DNA of 64,000 nt from Nitrospinaceae bacterium (GCA_965223665.1 OZ245011.1:32001-96000), one strand, 5' to 3'. Positions 1-10,897 are shown, counted from the first letter of the stretch. Program-made: numbers and translations. Notes: generated by a model from the letters alone, not told the origin.

Positions 1-562
1 GACTTATCACTTTCCAAAGTTTTGGGGTATTTACCTCTAAGGAAAAAGTGATTAATTCTTTTCCAGACTCTGAAATCAATTGAGGGTAAAAGTAGCTGGC
101 TCCTGAAAGAAACAAAGTTTCTTTAGAATTTCCAGTCCCATTCGCATTTTTAGGTTTTGTTGCATTGGTTAATGGGTCTGAAAGTTTTCCTGAATATTTA
201 AAATAGATTTCTAAAAAACTAGGCCAGGGAATGTCTTTGGGTTTATGTATATAAATTCTATTTAATGGAAGGGAAGGGCCCTTGATCTTCTCAATTTTTA
301 TAGACCACTCTCCTTTGTGAGGAATTTCAGTTTTTAAGATTTCAAAATCCGCATTAAGTAAAAATTCAATAGAATCTTTTTCGACGTTAGTAGGATAAAG
401 AGTAATTCTATCTTCGATTTCTCCGGTGACTAATTGAGGATTTAAATTAATAACCAGATGATGATGTGAAGGGCGGCTTGAATTTGCATAAGCAAATGCT
501 TGAAGGAAAAAGAATTGAATTAAAATTATAAAAATAAAAAATAGTTTTGAGAAACGGGTCAT
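1..562 (-). CDS. Partial (runs off the window start) exported protein, possibly the N-terminus of an M1-family aminopeptidase
   Basis: Manual translation from the ATG at 562 gives MTRFSKLFFIFIILIQFFFLQAFAYANSSRPSHHHLVINLNP...YFYPQ...TFSLEVNTPKLWKVIS, open to the edge. It has a signal peptide. The TFxLxVxxPxxWxxxS segment resembles the M1 N-terminal domain, but the HEXXH motif is not in the window. Confidence 0.55.
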   Translation of the reverse strand, partial: MTRFSKLFFIFIILIQFFFLQAFAYANSSRPSHHHLVINLNPQLVTGEIEDRITLYPTNVEKDSIEFLLNADFEILKTEIPHKGEWSIKIEKIKGPSLPLNRIYIHKPKDIPWPSFLEIYFKYSGKLSDPLTNATKPKNANGTGNSKETLFLSGASYFYPQLISESGKELITFSLEVNTPKLWKVIS

Positions 563-587
563 GGTTGTCAGGATTTGGAAAAATAAA

Positions 588-950
588 TTAACTTAGCACT
601 GTATCGACTCCACGATGAATATTACCCACAATACGTACAACCACCCTATTGGGTAAGCACGCGGCCAATTTGTCGGCATATTGAATAAAACCTGATTTGA
701 TGCATAACTTTTTATTACATGGAGAACTCAGGATACGAACCCTTCCATCAATAATTTGCACTTCGGTTTCACCTATTGGGCCCTTGACGTGGACAATTTG
801 ATTATGACTTAGAGGTAATCGATGAGTTTCATTTTGATTTACTTCGATCAAAGCCCAATTCCCTTGCTGATTAGGTTGAAAAAACTGGATAAATAAAATC
901 AAGTTTAAGGAAAGCAAAATTCCAATTAAAACTTTGTCACCCCGAGTCAT
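588..950 (-). CDS. NusG domain II-containing (Lin0431-like) membrane-anchored protein
   Basis: N-terminal TM helix, then SPCNKKLCIKSGFI...ACLPNRVVVRI, the typical NusG_II pattern. Confidence 0.8.
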   Translation of the reverse strand: MTRGDKVLIGILLSLNLILFIQFFQPNQQGNWALIEVNQNETHRLPLSHNQIVHVKGPIGETEVQIIDGRVRILSSPCNKKLCIKSGFIQYADKLAACLPNRVVVRIVGNIHRGVDTVLS

Positions 951-1049
951 TCTTCTAAGCCTTTTTCATAAGATTGAGAATGAGAACAGTGTATCATGAT
1001 CGAGATAGGTGTGAAAGTTAAGAACTAATGAAAGGTGGTTGGTGTCTTA

Positions 1050-3167
1050 TTAAAGAATATCCATATAATCTATTCGATCACCCAATGTTTCAAAAAAAAC
1101 TTTTTTCAAAGCCTGGTGTCTCGATTCTTCTAAACGAGGGTCTTTGTCAATAAGATGAAAAGCTTCCTTTCTGGTTATTTCAATTATTTCGAAATCCCGT
1201 ATTAAATCAGCCCACCTCAGCATAGGAAGACCTGATTGCCGGGTTCCCATAAAATCTCCGGGACCGCGAATCTCTAAATCCTTTTCTGCAATTTTGAACC
1301 CATCATTGGAAGTTTCCATTGCCTTTAATCTGAGGTTAGCATCCTCCGTAGTTGGTCTGTAAGCTACCAAAAGACATTGCGAAGGGTGGGAACCTCTTCC
1401 GACACGTCCTCTCAGTTGATGCAATTGTGCTAAACCAAACCGTTCCGCATGCTCAATGAGTATTACAGTAGCATTGGGGATATCGATGCCCACTTCAATT
1501 ACTGTAGTGGCTACCAATATTTGAATTTCCTTTTTTTTAAAGGAGGCCATAATATTTTGGCGTTCTTCTTTTTTTAATTTGCCATGAATAAGCTCCACGG
1601 AAAACTTTGGAAATTTCTCTTTTATGAAACCTAATACTTCAATAGCATTTTTTAAATCTATTGTTTCTGATTCTTCTATAAGAGGGCAGACGACAAAACC
1701 CTGAAATCCCAGATCGACCTGGTCTTTTAAAATTTTATAAGCCTTTTCCCGATTAGAATCGAAATATATTTTGGTTTTAATTGTTTGGCGCCCGGGTGGC
1801 ATCTCATCTAGCAAAGATACATCCATGTCTCCATATAGAGTAAGGGCTAAGGATCGTGGAATGGGAGTAGCTGTCATAATTAATATATGAGGATGAATAC
1901 CTTTTTTGCTAAAAGCTTCTCTTTGGAGAACTCCAAAACGATGCTGCTCGTCAATGACTGCTACCGATAAACATTTGAACTCAATATCCTTTTGGATCAA
2001 TGCGTGAGTTCCAACGACAATTTGAGTTTCACCATTTTTGATGTTCTTTTGAATTTGTTTTTTTTCCTTTTGGGATAAAGCGCTAGTAATTAGTTCAAGA
2101 TGAATCCCTAATGCCTTGCAGTAGGGAGCAATATTTAAAAAATGTTGTTCAGATAAAATTTCAGTGGGGGCCATTAAAGCCCCTTGGTAACCATTATCGA
2201 CAGCGGTTAGGAGAGTAATTAATGCGATAACCGTTTTCCCACTACCCACATCCCCGTGAACGAGTCGGTTCATTGGTCTTGGTTTTTCTAAATCATCCAT
2301 TATTTGACCCAATACTTTTTTTTGAGCTCCAGTGAGATCAAACTCTAAAAGTTGAATAAACTGTTTTAGAGTTGCACCGCGAGTTTTTAAGGAAAGTCCT
2401 TTGTATTTTTCCAAGGAAAACTTTCTTTTAAATGCGAGGCCAATTTGAAGTAAAAATAATTCTTCAAAAATCAGTCTATATTGACTGGGAGATCTAAATT
2501 TGTTTAAAGCAATGATTGATGTTTGTTTTGAAGGAAAATGGACTTCTCGAACAGCTTGTGACCGTTCCAGTAATTGATTTCTTTTTAAAATTTCTGCAGG
2601 GAGCCACTCCTGAATGAGGCTTGAATACCTTTCAATAATGGTTTTCATTATTGCCCTAAAAACCTTGAGGGAAAGTTTTTCAGTACTATGGTAAATAGGA
2701 AGAATGCTTCCCATTTCTACAGAATCTGACTCAGGATTTAAAACTTCGTCGGTATCCGGATGTATGATTTCAAAATTGCAGTCAGAATATTTGCTAATGG
2801 TGGGTTTGCCGGAAACTATAAAGCATTTTTTCGGAGCAAATTTTTCTGAATGGTATTTTTCATTAAATTGATACCAGCGACCGCTTATAGTTCCTGTTTC
2901 ATCTTTAAATACAACTTCAAAGAGTTTTCGCCTTCTATTTAATCTGTAGATATGGTTATGTTCTACTTCTGCAAAAAACGTTACAGGAATATCAGGCTTT
3001 ATTTGGCCAATTTTTTGGACGAAGGTTCGATCCTCATATCGAAATGGAATAAAATCAAGGCAGTCTTTAACACTTTCCAGGCCCAACTTTTTAAATAGTA
3101 GTGCCCTTTTGGGACCTACTCCCTTTATATATTGAATTGAGTCTGTGAGTGCCAGTAGTGGTCCCAT
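1050..3167 (-). CDS. recG: ATP-dependent DNA helicase RecG
   Basis: GVGPKRA N-terminus, wedge OB domain, GDVGSGKT, DEQHRFG, MTATPIPR, QLHQLRGRVGRG and DLEIRGPGD motifs. Confidence 0.98.
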   Translation of the reverse strand: MGPLLALTDSIQYIKGVGPKRALLFKKLGLESVKDCLDFIPFRYEDRTFVQKIGQIKPDIPVTFFAEVEHNHIYRLNRRRKLFEVVFKDETGTISGRWYQFNEKYHSEKFAPKKCFIVSGKPTISKYSDCNFEIIHPDTDEVLNPESDSVEMGSILPIYHSTEKLSLKVFRAIMKTIIERYSSLIQEWLPAEILKRNQLLERSQAVREVHFPSKQTSIIALNKFRSPSQYRLIFEELFLLQIGLAFKRKFSLEKYKGLSLKTRGATLKQFIQLLEFDLTGAQKKVLGQIMDDLEKPRPMNRLVHGDVGSGKTVIALITLLTAVDNGYQGALMAPTEILSEQHFLNIAPYCKALGIHLELITSALSQKEKKQIQKNIKNGETQIVVGTHALIQKDIEFKCLSVAVIDEQHRFGVLQREAFSKKGIHPHILIMTATPIPRSLALTLYGDMDVSLLDEMPPGRQTIKTKIYFDSNREKAYKILKDQVDLGFQGFVVCPLIEESETIDLKNAIEVLGFIKEKFPKFSVELIHGKLKKEERQNIMASFKKKEIQILVATTVIEVGIDIPNATVILIEHAERFGLAQLHQLRGRVGRGSHPSQCLLVAYRPTTEDANLRLKAMETSNDGFKIAEKDLEIRGPGDFMGTRQSGLPMLRWADLIRDFEIIEITRKEAFHLIDKDPRLEESRHQALKKVFFETLGDRIDYMDIL

Positions 3168-3280
3168 ATGTTTTTACTGAAAGTTTTGGTTAGAAGTTCC
3201 CATAAATTTTCTATGATTATGTAATTAACTAGCAAATATCTTCGAAAAGCTTGAAAATAGGAATATAATATTAATGAAAT

Positions 3281-3309
3281 TTGACTCCCTCGTGAAGTAA
3301 AAGTATTCT
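3281..3309 (+). promoter_or_regulatory. Putative sigma70 promoter of relA/spoT
   Basis: TTGACT-N17-TATTCT, 67 nt upstream of the start codon. Confidence 0.55.
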
Positions 3310-3376
3310 TTTCCCATTAAATGGGTTTTGAATATTAAAATTTCGGTTCAGTATTCCTTTTTTCAGGAATCGGCTT

Positions 3377-5614
3377 ATGAGAAAACTTAACGAAATTACA
3401 GATGCGGTGTTGGCTTATCATCCAGATGCGGATGTAGACATCATTTTAGATGCTTATGTGTATTCAGCCAAGGCTCATAGAGGACAAAGCCGAAGATCGG
3501 GGGAAGCTTATTTATCCCATCCTGTAGAAGTTGCCTATAACTTAACTCGATTAAAATTGGACGAGCGGACGGTTGCTGCTGGTTTGCTCCACGATACGAT
3601 TGAAGATACCTTAGCCACCCCTGATGAAATTAAGGAGTTGTTTGGTGAAGAAATTTTTCGCTTGGTGGACGGGGTTACAAAAATTGGACAAGTTGAATTT
3701 GGAAGCCAGGAAGAAAAACAGGCTGAAAATTACCGAAAAATGATATTAGCAATGGCCCAGGATATTCGAGTGGTCTTGATAAAACTTGCAGACCGGGCTC
3801 ATAATCTTAAAACTCTTGACTCCTTATCTCCAGATAAACAAAAAAGAATCGCCAAGGAAACTTTGGATATTTATTCTCCCATTGCCAATCGATTGGGAAT
3901 TGGTTGGTTGAAAGCTGAATTGGAAGACGGTTCTTTTAAGTATTTACGTCCTGACCAATTTAACAATATTGTGAGCCGAATGAAGCAAGGAAAGGAGGCA
4001 AGGGAAGAATTGTTAAAGTCTGTTTGCGAAGCTATAGAAAAAGAATTGGAGTCTGCGCAAATAGAGGCAAAGGTGACGGGGCGTTCCAAACACAACTACA
4101 GTATTTATAAAAAAATGGCTTTGCAGCAAATTGAATTGACTGATGTGTATGACCTTATAGGGGTTCGAGTGATAACTGAAACAATTAAGGATTGTTATGC
4201 CGCCCTTGGGTTAGTGCATTCCCTGTGGCGTCCTATTCCAGGTAAGTTTAAAGATTATGTTGCAATGCCAAAACCCAATATGTATCAGTCGCTTCATACA
4301 ACAGTTAGTGGTCCGGAAGGTCATAGAGTGGAAGTGCAAATACGGACCACTGAAATGCACCGCGTAGCAGAGGAAGGAATTGCGGCACATTGGCAATATA
4401 AAGAAGGTGGAACCTTTACAAAAAATATGGATGACCATTTAAGTTGGGTCCGACGGTTAATGGAAGATCAAAAAGAAATAAAAAATCCAAAAGTTTTTTT
4501 AGATTCTTTTAAGGTGGATTTGTTTTTTCAGGAAGTCTATGTTTTTACACCTCAGGGGGATGTGATTGCATTGCCCCGAGGGGCGACTCCGGTAGATTTT
4601 GCCTATCAAGTTCATACTGATATTGGCAATCATTGTTTAGCGGCTAAAGTAAATGGGAAGTTAGTTCCTTTAAAATATAAATTGAAAAATGGCGACCGTT
4701 TGGAAATTTTAACTTCGAAGCAGAAATTTCCCAGTAGGGACTGGCTATCTTTTGTGAAGACTTCTAAAGCTCGAAGTAAAATCTCCAACTTTATTAATAG
4801 TCGTGAGAAAGCAAAATCCATTGAATTAGGAAAAGAAATCCTCGAATCAGAGATTCGAAAAGCTGGATTCAACCCACAAGAAATTTTAAAAGGTAGGTTT
4901 TTAGAAAATGCCATGCAATCTATTGGCTATAATTCTTTAAATAGTTTATTGATGGCGATAGGTTACGGAAAAGTCCCCATTCACCAAATCATTTCCAAAT
5001 TATTACCTAAAGAATCCGTAGAAAAAATTGAAAAGGGTGCATCCAAAATTAAGGTTTCAGAAAAAGATCCTATGCAGAAATATGAAAAAGGGATCAAGAT
5101 AGGAAACTTTGATGACAATATGATGCTACGAATCGGAAAATGTTGTAATCCTGTACCCGGAGATGAAATTACTGGATATATTACACGGGGCAGAGGGGTT
5201 TCTATTCATAACGTGGATTGTCCTAGTGTGGTTTCTCTGTCCCAGGAAAGTGAAAGAATGGTAGCGGTGGAATGGGATACCAGTCAAAAGACCGCTTTTT
5301 CTACCCCGATTACTATTGTTACGGAGGATCAACCTGGGTTGTTAGCTAAAATCAGCAATGTTCTTGCTTCTTGTGAGGTGAACATTACTCGGGCAAATGT
5401 TCAGCAAGGTGCCCATAAACGGGCGTACTTTGATTTAGTAGTCGAAATTAATGATCTGGTTCATTTGAATCGCGTAATCAATCAAATTAAGCAAATTCCT
5501 TCTGTAATTCACGTAGAACGTGTAAAAGAATATAAAAAGAAAAATATAATGAGCGGTTCAAATATTGAAAAGGATGAAGGGTCAGAAAAAGACAGAGGGG
5601 TATGGGTCAACTAA
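3377..5614 (+). CDS. spoT: Bifunctional (p)ppGpp synthetase/hydrolase, RelA/SpoT family
   Basis: HD hydrolase (LLHDTIEDT), synthetase (YQSLHT, EVQIRT), TGS, CC and ACT domains. Confidence 0.95.
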   Translation: MRKLNEITDAVLAYHPDADVDIILDAYVYSAKAHRGQSRRSGEAYLSHPVEVAYNLTRLKLDERTVAAGLLHDTIEDTLATPDEIKELFGEEIFRLVDGVTKIGQVEFGSQEEKQAENYRKMILAMAQDIRVVLIKLADRAHNLKTLDSLSPDKQKRIAKETLDIYSPIANRLGIGWLKAELEDGSFKYLRPDQFNNIVSRMKQGKEAREELLKSVCEAIEKELESAQIEAKVTGRSKHNYSIYKKMALQQIELTDVYDLIGVRVITETIKDCYAALGLVHSLWRPIPGKFKDYVAMPKPNMYQSLHTTVSGPEGHRVEVQIRTTEMHRVAEEGIAAHWQYKEGGTFTKNMDDHLSWVRRLMEDQKEIKNPKVFLDSFKVDLFFQEVYVFTPQGDVIALPRGATPVDFAYQVHTDIGNHCLAAKVNGKLVPLKYKLKNGDRLEILTSKQKFPSRDWLSFVKTSKARSKISNFINSREKAKSIELGKEILESEIRKAGFNPQEILKGRFLENAMQSIGYNSLNSLLMAIGYGKVPIHQIISKLLPKESVEKIEKGASKIKVSEKDPMQKYEKGIKIGNFDDNMMLRIGKCCNPVPGDEITGYITRGRGVSIHNVDCPSVVSLSQESERMVAVEWDTSQKTAFSTPITIVTEDQPGLLAKISNVLASCEVNITRANVQQGAHKRAYFDLVVEINDLVHLNRVINQIKQIPSVIHVERVKEYKKKNIMSGSNIEKDEGSEKDRGVWVN

Positions 5615-5804
5615 CGGGAATTCTCGATACTTTTCCACCTTTTAAGCATCGTGTACACACTTTCATAGTTTTAACCATCCCATTATAAAGCACTCTCAGC
5701 TTTTTAAGGTTGGGATTCCAGCGCCTTTTTGTAGCATTCTTTGCATGGCTCACGTTGTTTCCAAACATAGGCCCTTTATCACAAACTTCACATCTTTTGG
5801 ACAT
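5607..5804 (-). CDS. rpmB: 50S ribosomal protein L28 (4-Cys, Zn-binding type)
   Basis: CEVC...[19 protein letters not shown]...CTRC. Confidence 0.97.
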   Translation of the reverse strand: MSKRCEVCDKGPMFGNNVSHAKNATKRRWNPNLKKLRVLYNGMVKTMKVCTRCLKGGKVSRIPVS

Positions 5805-5888
5805 TCCTAAACTCCTGGGGAAAATCGTTGTTCGATAGAATCCAAAATGCTAACATACCATAAGTACTTGGGCAAGTGATTTTGGACT

Positions 5889-6122
5889 ATGCATATTCAA
5901 AAAGAAACAAAAATTAACCATATCATTACCGCCTACCCTCAAACAGTTCATTTTTTTAAGAATCTTCATATGAGCTGCAGCGGTTGTTTTGCCGTTAGTT
6001 TTGAGACCCTGGAGAAGGGTGCTTTGATGCATGGTTTGGAAGTATCCAAACTTTTGAGACAGCTAAACCACTTTATAAATAGCTTACCCTCTTCTACTCC
6101 AATAAACCATAACCAAAAATAG
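5889..6122 (+). CDS. DUF1858-like small CxxC protein
   Basis: IITAYPQTVHFF...MSCSGCFAVSFETLEKGALMHGL pattern. Confidence 0.8.
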   Translation: MHIQKETKINHIITAYPQTVHFFKNLHMSCSGCFAVSFETLEKGALMHGLEVSKLLRQLNHFINSLPSSTPINHNQK

Positions 6123-6165
6123 ACGAACCTGGTACTTGGTTGGAGGGTGGGGAGTAAATTTTTCC

Positions 6166-6196
6166 AAAAAAAAACCTCGTTCCAATGAACGAGGTT
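6166..6196 (-). terminator. Rho-independent terminator of flgM (may be bidirectional)
   Basis: Perfect 10-bp stem AACCTCGTTC-caat-GAACGAGGTT. The adjacent A-run reads as a U-tract on the minus strand, just after the flgM stop. Confidence 0.8.
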
Positions 6197-6221
6197 ATTA
6201 GGCTGGCTTATTTTTTAAAAA

Positions 6222-6536
6222 TTATTCGAGAAACTTGGATTCTGTAATGATTTCTTTTAGAATCCTTTCGGCTAACACTTCGCTGTCCACATGAAATTCT
6301 CCGGCAGCGATTTGTGCTTTGATGCGATTAACTTTTTCCGTGCGTATGTCCGGGGCACTTTTTGCCACTTCCAGGGCTTTTTGAATTCCCTTAGCTTTGG
6401 AGGAAAGAGCTATTTGCTCTCCCGCACCTGTCCCATTGGGAACAGCAGTTTTATTGACCGTTCCTTTTTTGGAAGGGGCGTCAACTTTATTAACTGCCTT
6501 GCTTTTTATTCGATATTCGTTTCCAGGTATTTCCAT
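6222..6536 (-). CDS. flgM: Anti-sigma-28 factor FlgM
   Basis: IALSSKA...PDIRTEKVNRIKAQIAAGEFHVDSEVLAERI is the typical FlgM C-terminus; a sigma28 promoter lies upstream. Confidence 0.93.
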   Translation of the reverse strand: MEIPGNEYRIKSKAVNKVDAPSKKGTVNKTAVPNGTGAGEQIALSSKAKGIQKALEVAKSAPDIRTEKVNRIKAQIAAGEFHVDSEVLAERILKEIITESKFLE

Positions 6537-6592
6537 GATCTTTCTTCATCCCAAATAAGGATATAGATTGTTAAACTCAGTTCTCACTAGAT

Positions 6593-6619
6593 TTATCGGC
6601 CCAATTTTTTCAAAACTTA
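6593..6619 (-). promoter_or_regulatory. Sigma28 (FliA) promoter of flgM
   Basis: Minus strand reads TAAG-N15-GCCGATAA, with a perfect -10 consensus. Confidence 0.85.
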
Positions 6620-6679
6620 AGTCGGAAACCCTAAGATTTTGTAACATTTTTATGGCAACTTAATTAATTCTTACTTGCC

Positions 6680-6708
6680 AAGATACCGCTGGTTTAGCCC
6701 CATGTCAA
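6680..6708 (-). promoter_or_regulatory. Putative sigma70 promoter of flgM
   Basis: Minus strand reads TTGACA-N17-TATCTT. Confidence 0.6.
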
Positions 6709-6805
6709 GGCAGGTCGTGGTATCCTTTCAAAAATCAATAAGTTATAATTTTGATAATAACAACTCAGTTCAAGGTGTTAAAAAACCTTAATAATTCAAT
6801 AAGTT

Positions 6806-7210
6806 ATGGATATTAAAACTCCACTGGTGGCGGTAGACATTATCATAAAGCTTGAAAATGGCCAGATTGTGTTGATTGAAAGACACAACCCTCCTTATGG
6901 ATGGGCATTACCCGGTGGATTTGTGGAATGTGGCGAATCTCTTGAGGAAGCTGCAGTCAGAGAAGCGAAAGAAGAAATCTGTTTGGACATCCGAAACATT
7001 CAGCAATTTCATACTTATTCCAAACCGGATCGCGATCCCAGGTTTCATTGTGTTTCTACCGTGTTTTTAGCAGAAGCCACTGGAAAACCCCGCGCCGCTT
7101 CAGATGCAAAAAATTGCCAGACTTTTGACCTTAATGCACTTCCGGAAGTTTTAGCTTTTGACCATGGGAAAATCTTGCAGGATTATATTAAATTCAAAAA
7201 AAAAAGTTAA
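6806..7210 (+). CDS. NUDIX hydrolase
   Basis: Nudix box [27 protein letters not shown] and LAFDH motifs. Confidence 0.93.
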   Translation: MDIKTPLVAVDIIIKLENGQIVLIERHNPPYGWALPGGFVECGESLEEAAVREAKEEICLDIRNIQQFHTYSKPDRDPRFHCVSTVFLAEATGKPRAASDAKNCQTFDLNALPEVLAFDHGKILQDYIKFKKKS

Positions 7211-7384
7211 CTTAATCTGCTAAATGGCTATCTTAATAAAATGATTTTCTTAAACAATAAACCAATTTAAAACAAATTTTAAAAACCTGGGAAAAGGTAG
7301 CGGAGGGACTTTTTTTAGAGACCTGTGCGTAACGATAAATAATGCAAAACAAACAAAAATTTAAAAGAGTGAGACCCATGTGCA

Positions 7385-7414
7385 CCCTCTTTTCTAAAGA
7401 GGGCTGGGGTGATT
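7385..7414. repeat. Short palindromic REP-like element
   Basis: CCCTCTTT-tct-AAAGAGGG perfect stem followed by CTGGGGTGATT; only one copy seen in the window. Confidence 0.35.
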
Positions 7415-7476
7415 CACCTCCAGAGAGTTTCGAAGATCCTGAGAATGAAAAATCCTTATTTTTAAAAAGTAATTGG

Positions 7477-8376
7477 ATGATTTTCTTTTTTGCTGTTCTT
7501 TTTTTGCTTCATTCCGGAAGTATTGCTCAAGGAAAAAGCTTTGATATTTATAAGAAAGTTTTGTGGAGTCAAATAGAAAAGATTTGTAGCTTTGGCCCTC
7601 GTAACCCTGGAAGTGAAGGACATCAAAAATTACGGGATTACATTAAAAAGGCCGCGGCATTTTACGCGGACCGCTGGCGGGAACAAAACTTTCAAGTGCA
7701 GGTTTCCAGTATGCGGCTCCTGCAAATGCAGAATATTGAAATGATTTTTAACGGCCGCGAAAATACAGCTCCAATTTTTATTGGCGCCCACTACGATACG
7801 CGTCCCTTTGCAGATGAAGAGGAAGACGAAACCCTGCGCGATAAACCCATAATGGGGGCCAACGATGGTGGGTCGGGAACGGCGCTCCTTTTAGCTCTGG
7901 CACAATATCTGCGGGAATATAAACCCAAGCGACCGGTTCACCTTGTTTTTTTTGACGGCGAGGATTATGGAGTCAAAGGGTCCGACGAATATTTTTTCGG
8001 CTCGCGCTTTTATGCACGGGAATTATTAGAAAAGGATAAATCCCTATGGCCGTATTGCGTATTAGTGGTCGATATGGTGGGAGATAAAGATTTACAAATT
8101 TTAAAAGAAAACTATTCCGCCAAGAGTGCTCCCTGGTTGTTGGATATTGTGTATGAAGCTGCAAAAGAACAAAACGTTCCGCAGTTTGTTTCCAAATTTG
8201 GCTACTCCATAAGGGACGACCATTTACCTTTTGCACAAATAGGAATCCCTTCTGCAGTTCTTATCGACTTTGATTACCCTCACTGGCACACCGCCCACGA
8301 CACCCTGGATAAAGTCTCCGCCGAAAGCCTGGAAGCCGTTTTTAAGGTTGTTGTCGAAACATTAGAAAAGTTGTGA
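7477..8376 (+). CDS. M28-family metallopeptidase / glutaminyl-cyclase-like exported protein (ORF is open from 7342; the start at 7477 is inferred)
   Basis: GAHYD, GANDGGSG, FDGED, DDH and WHT motifs; hydrophobic signal segment follows Met46 of the long ORF. Confidence 0.85.
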   Translation: MIFFFAVLFLLHSGSIAQGKSFDIYKKVLWSQIEKICSFGPRNPGSEGHQKLRDYIKKAAAFYADRWREQNFQVQVSSMRLLQMQNIEMIFNGRENTAPIFIGAHYDTRPFADEEEDETLRDKPIMGANDGGSGTALLLALAQYLREYKPKRPVHLVFFDGEDYGVKGSDEYFFGSRFYARELLEKDKSLWPYCVLVVDMVGDKDLQILKENYSAKSAPWLLDIVYEAAKEQNVPQFVSKFGYSIRDDHLPFAQIGIPSAVLIDFDYPHWHTAHDTLDKVSAESLEAVFKVVVETLEKL

Positions 8377-8444
8377 GATTTTGGGGTGTTAAATAGTTCC
8401 CTTTTTGTTTTAGGTGTATTATTAGGGTTATAACTTTTGAAGAA

Positions 8445-9239
8445 TCAATTCTTAGGAATGAGGTAGCTTTGATAAAGGTCAACGAGTTCTGGGCCAAAGA
8501 ATATAGAAATTAAGGTAGCGAGAGCGAGAAAAGGGCCAAAGGGAATTTGGCTCAGAAAATTTAATCTTTTGACGGCAAGTCCCAAGGTTCCAAAAATAGA
8601 ACCACTTAACGCCCCGATAAAAATAACCAACAGCACTTGCACCCAACCCAGCAAGGCCCCAGCGGCGGCGATGTATTTGATGTCACCCATTCCCATGCCT
8701 TCTACTTTGCGGACTTTAAAGTAGGTCACTGCTAAAAAAATAAAACTCCCGCCGCCAACTAAAAATCCTAAGAGGGAATCAATAAATCCATTCAAGTAAG
8801 TTCCGGCAACGAAACCAAAAACCATTCCCGGAAAGGTGATGATGTTTGGAATAATTTTGTGTTCCGCATCAATCATGGTGATGACCACGAGTGTGGGAAC
8901 TACTATAGAGTATATTAAGCATTCCCAGGTAAATCCGAACTTGTAAAATACTGCCGCCATTAACAGACCAGTGACTAATTCTACGTAAAAATATTTACTG
9001 GGAATATGAACTCCACAAGCGCGGCATTTTCCTTTTAAAAATAGATAACTCAGTATGGGAATGTTATCAATGATACGAATAGCGGTATTACATTTAGGAC
9101 AATGTGACGAGGGTAAAACAACTGACATATCCCGCGGAATTCTTGCGATACAAACATTGGCAAAGCTGCCGGTCATTAGGCCCATGAGAAAACCAAATGC
9201 TGTGAATAGCGGTTGGGGTAGGGTGAGTAAAGAATTCAT
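8445..9239 (-). CDS. pilD: Prepilin peptidase / N-methyltransferase (A24)
   Basis: GSFANVCIARIP, CPKC/CRAC Zn site, GMGMGDIK, IPFGPFL. Confidence 0.95.
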   Translation of the reverse strand: MNSLLTLPQPLFTAFGFLMGLMTGSFANVCIARIPRDMSVVLPSSHCPKCNTAIRIIDNIPILSYLFLKGKCRACGVHIPSKYFYVELVTGLLMAAVFYKFGFTWECLIYSIVVPTLVVITMIDAEHKIIPNIITFPGMVFGFVAGTYLNGFIDSLLGFLVGGGSFIFLAVTYFKVRKVEGMGMGDIKYIAAAGALLGWVQVLLVIFIGALSGSIFGTLGLAVKRLNFLSQIPFGPFLALATLISIFFGPELVDLYQSYLIPKN

Positions 9240-9276
9240 ATTTACTAAGTTAAGTTTCTTTAATAGCTTCTATGTT

Positions 9277-9750
9277 TTACGCTTCATCATTTTTTAAAAG
9301 ACTCGAAATAACGGAATACGTAATTTCTTCATTGAACCCTTGTCGATTGAGAAAAGATTTTAATCGTCTTAATTGTTTCTCAATGGTTAAGTTCTGCATG
9401 CCTTTAAATTTTTTGGAAGCGCATCTTTTGGCTAATTCGAATTCATCCACAGATTGAAAAAATTGGTCAATGATTTGATCGATCAACTTGGGTTCTAATC
9501 CTTTTTGATGTAATTCCTGGCGGATTCGAATTTTCCCAAAGCTTTTTGTTTCTATACGATATTGGGTCCACTTTTCACCAAAGCGAACATCATCGAGATA
9601 ATTTAATTCTTTAAGCTTTTTGATGACGTCGCTTATAGTATCGCAGGAAAATTCCTTTTTGAGAAGGTAGGATCTTATTTCAAATTCACTTCGGTCTCGC
9701 TGAGTCAAATAACGTAAGGCCTTGTTAAGGGCCTTTTTGGTGTCTTCCAT
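9277..9750 (-). CDS. recX: Regulatory protein RecX
   Basis: ALRYLTQRDRSEFE, YLDDVRF, IRQELHQKG, FLNRQGF; directly downstream of recA. Confidence 0.92.
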   Translation of the reverse strand: MEDTKKALNKALRYLTQRDRSEFEIRSYLLKKEFSCDTISDVIKKLKELNYLDDVRFGEKWTQYRIETKSFGKIRIRQELHQKGLEPKLIDQIIDQFFQSVDEFELAKRCASKKFKGMQNLTIEKQLRRLKSFLNRQGFNEEITYSVISSLLKNDEA

Positions 9751-9767
9751 AGGCAGAAAACTTATTA

Positions 9768-10844
9768 TTAAGACCCGGATTTAGCTGCTTTTTTACCTTT
9801 TCCTGAAGCCTTTTCTTCTTCTGGGGATGAGTTGGTTTCTTCCTTGGGAACCAAATTCAGTTTTTCCCGAAGTTGGGTTTCAATTTCATTATAAATGTCA
9901 GGATTACTTTCCAGAAAATTCTTTGAATTTTCCCGCCCCTGACCGATACGGTTTTCTTTGTAGGAGAACCAAGTGCCGCTTTTGTTCACGATTCCTTCTT
10001 TAACTGCCAGATCTAACAGATCACCGGACTTAGAAATGCCTTTGCCATAGACAATATCGAATTCGCAATCGCGAAAAGGAGGAGCTAATTTGTTTTTAAC
10101 AACTTTAACGCGAGTACGGTTACCGATCACTTTATCGCCATCTTTTAAAGCTGCGATTCTTCGGATGTCTAAACGAAGAGAGGAATAAAACTTCAAAGCA
10201 TTTCCACCAGTGGTGGTTTCCGGACTTCCAAACATGACCCCAATCTTCATGCGCAACTGGTTAATGAATATTAGAGCTGTGTTGGATTTATTAATGACTC
10301 CGGTCAGTTTCCTCATGGCTTGTGACATGAGCCGTGCTTGCAAACCCATGTGGGAATCTCCCATTTCGCCGTCCAACTCTGCTTTAGGAACCAGGGCGGC
10401 CACGGAATCCACCACAATAACATCGACTGCACCACTGCGAACGAGGACTTCAGCGATTTCCAGAGTTTGCTCACCCGTATCGGGTTGCGAAAGCAAGAGG
10501 TCATCCAATTGGACCCCCAGGTTTTTTGCGTAATTTGGATCCAGTGCATGTTCGGCATCGATAAAAGCAGCTACTCCACCATTTTTTTGAGCTTGAGCTA
10601 GAATATGTAAGGTTAAACTGGTTTTTCCTGAAGCTTCGGGACCGTAAATTTCGGTGATTCGACCACGGGGTACGCCGCCAATTCCCAGGATGTTGTCCAA
10701 TGAAATTGATCCGGTAGAAATAACGGAGATTCCTTTTTGGGCTTGAGTTTGACCCAATTTCATTATGGATCCCTTGCCGAATTGTTTTTCGATTTGAGAG
10801 AAAGCAAGATCCAGCGCTTTTTCTTTTTCGTTATCGATTGCCAT
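9768..10844 (-). CDS. recA: Recombinase RecA
   Basis: [16 protein letters not shown] and GGNALKFY motifs. Confidence 0.99.
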   Translation of the reverse strand: MAIDNEKEKALDLAFSQIEKQFGKGSIMKLGQTQAQKGISVISTGSISLDNILGIGGVPRGRITEIYGPEASGKTSLTLHILAQAQKNGGVAAFIDAEHALDPNYAKNLGVQLDDLLLSQPDTGEQTLEIAEVLVRSGAVDVIVVDSVAALVPKAELDGEMGDSHMGLQARLMSQAMRKLTGVINKSNTALIFINQLRMKIGVMFGSPETTTGGNALKFYSSLRLDIRRIAALKDGDKVIGNRTRVKVVKNKLAPPFRDCEFDIVYGKGISKSGDLLDLAVKEGIVNKSGTWFSYKENRIGQGRENSKNFLESNPDIYNEIETQLREKLNLVPKEETNSSPEEEKASGKGKKAAKSGS

Positions 10845-10897
10845 GTTTATTCCTCTCTGGTTAAAATTCTAGTTCTGCAAAGTATATGTTTTTATTT

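Noticed and set aside
6733-6808. Repeated TCAATAAGTTAT and other IHF-consensus-like sites (also near 59884 and 59992)
   Set aside because: WATCAA-N4-TTR matches arise often in such AT-rich intergenic DNA; not distinguishable from chance without statistics
7445-7476. Possible frameshift in a T-run that would give the M28 protein an MKNPYFLKSNW N-terminus
   Set aside because: In-frame starts exist and the ORF is intact; cannot be supported without reads or homologues
10845-10897. LexA/SOS box upstream of recA
   Set aside because: No convincing match to CTGT-N8-ACAG or GAAC-N4-GTTC
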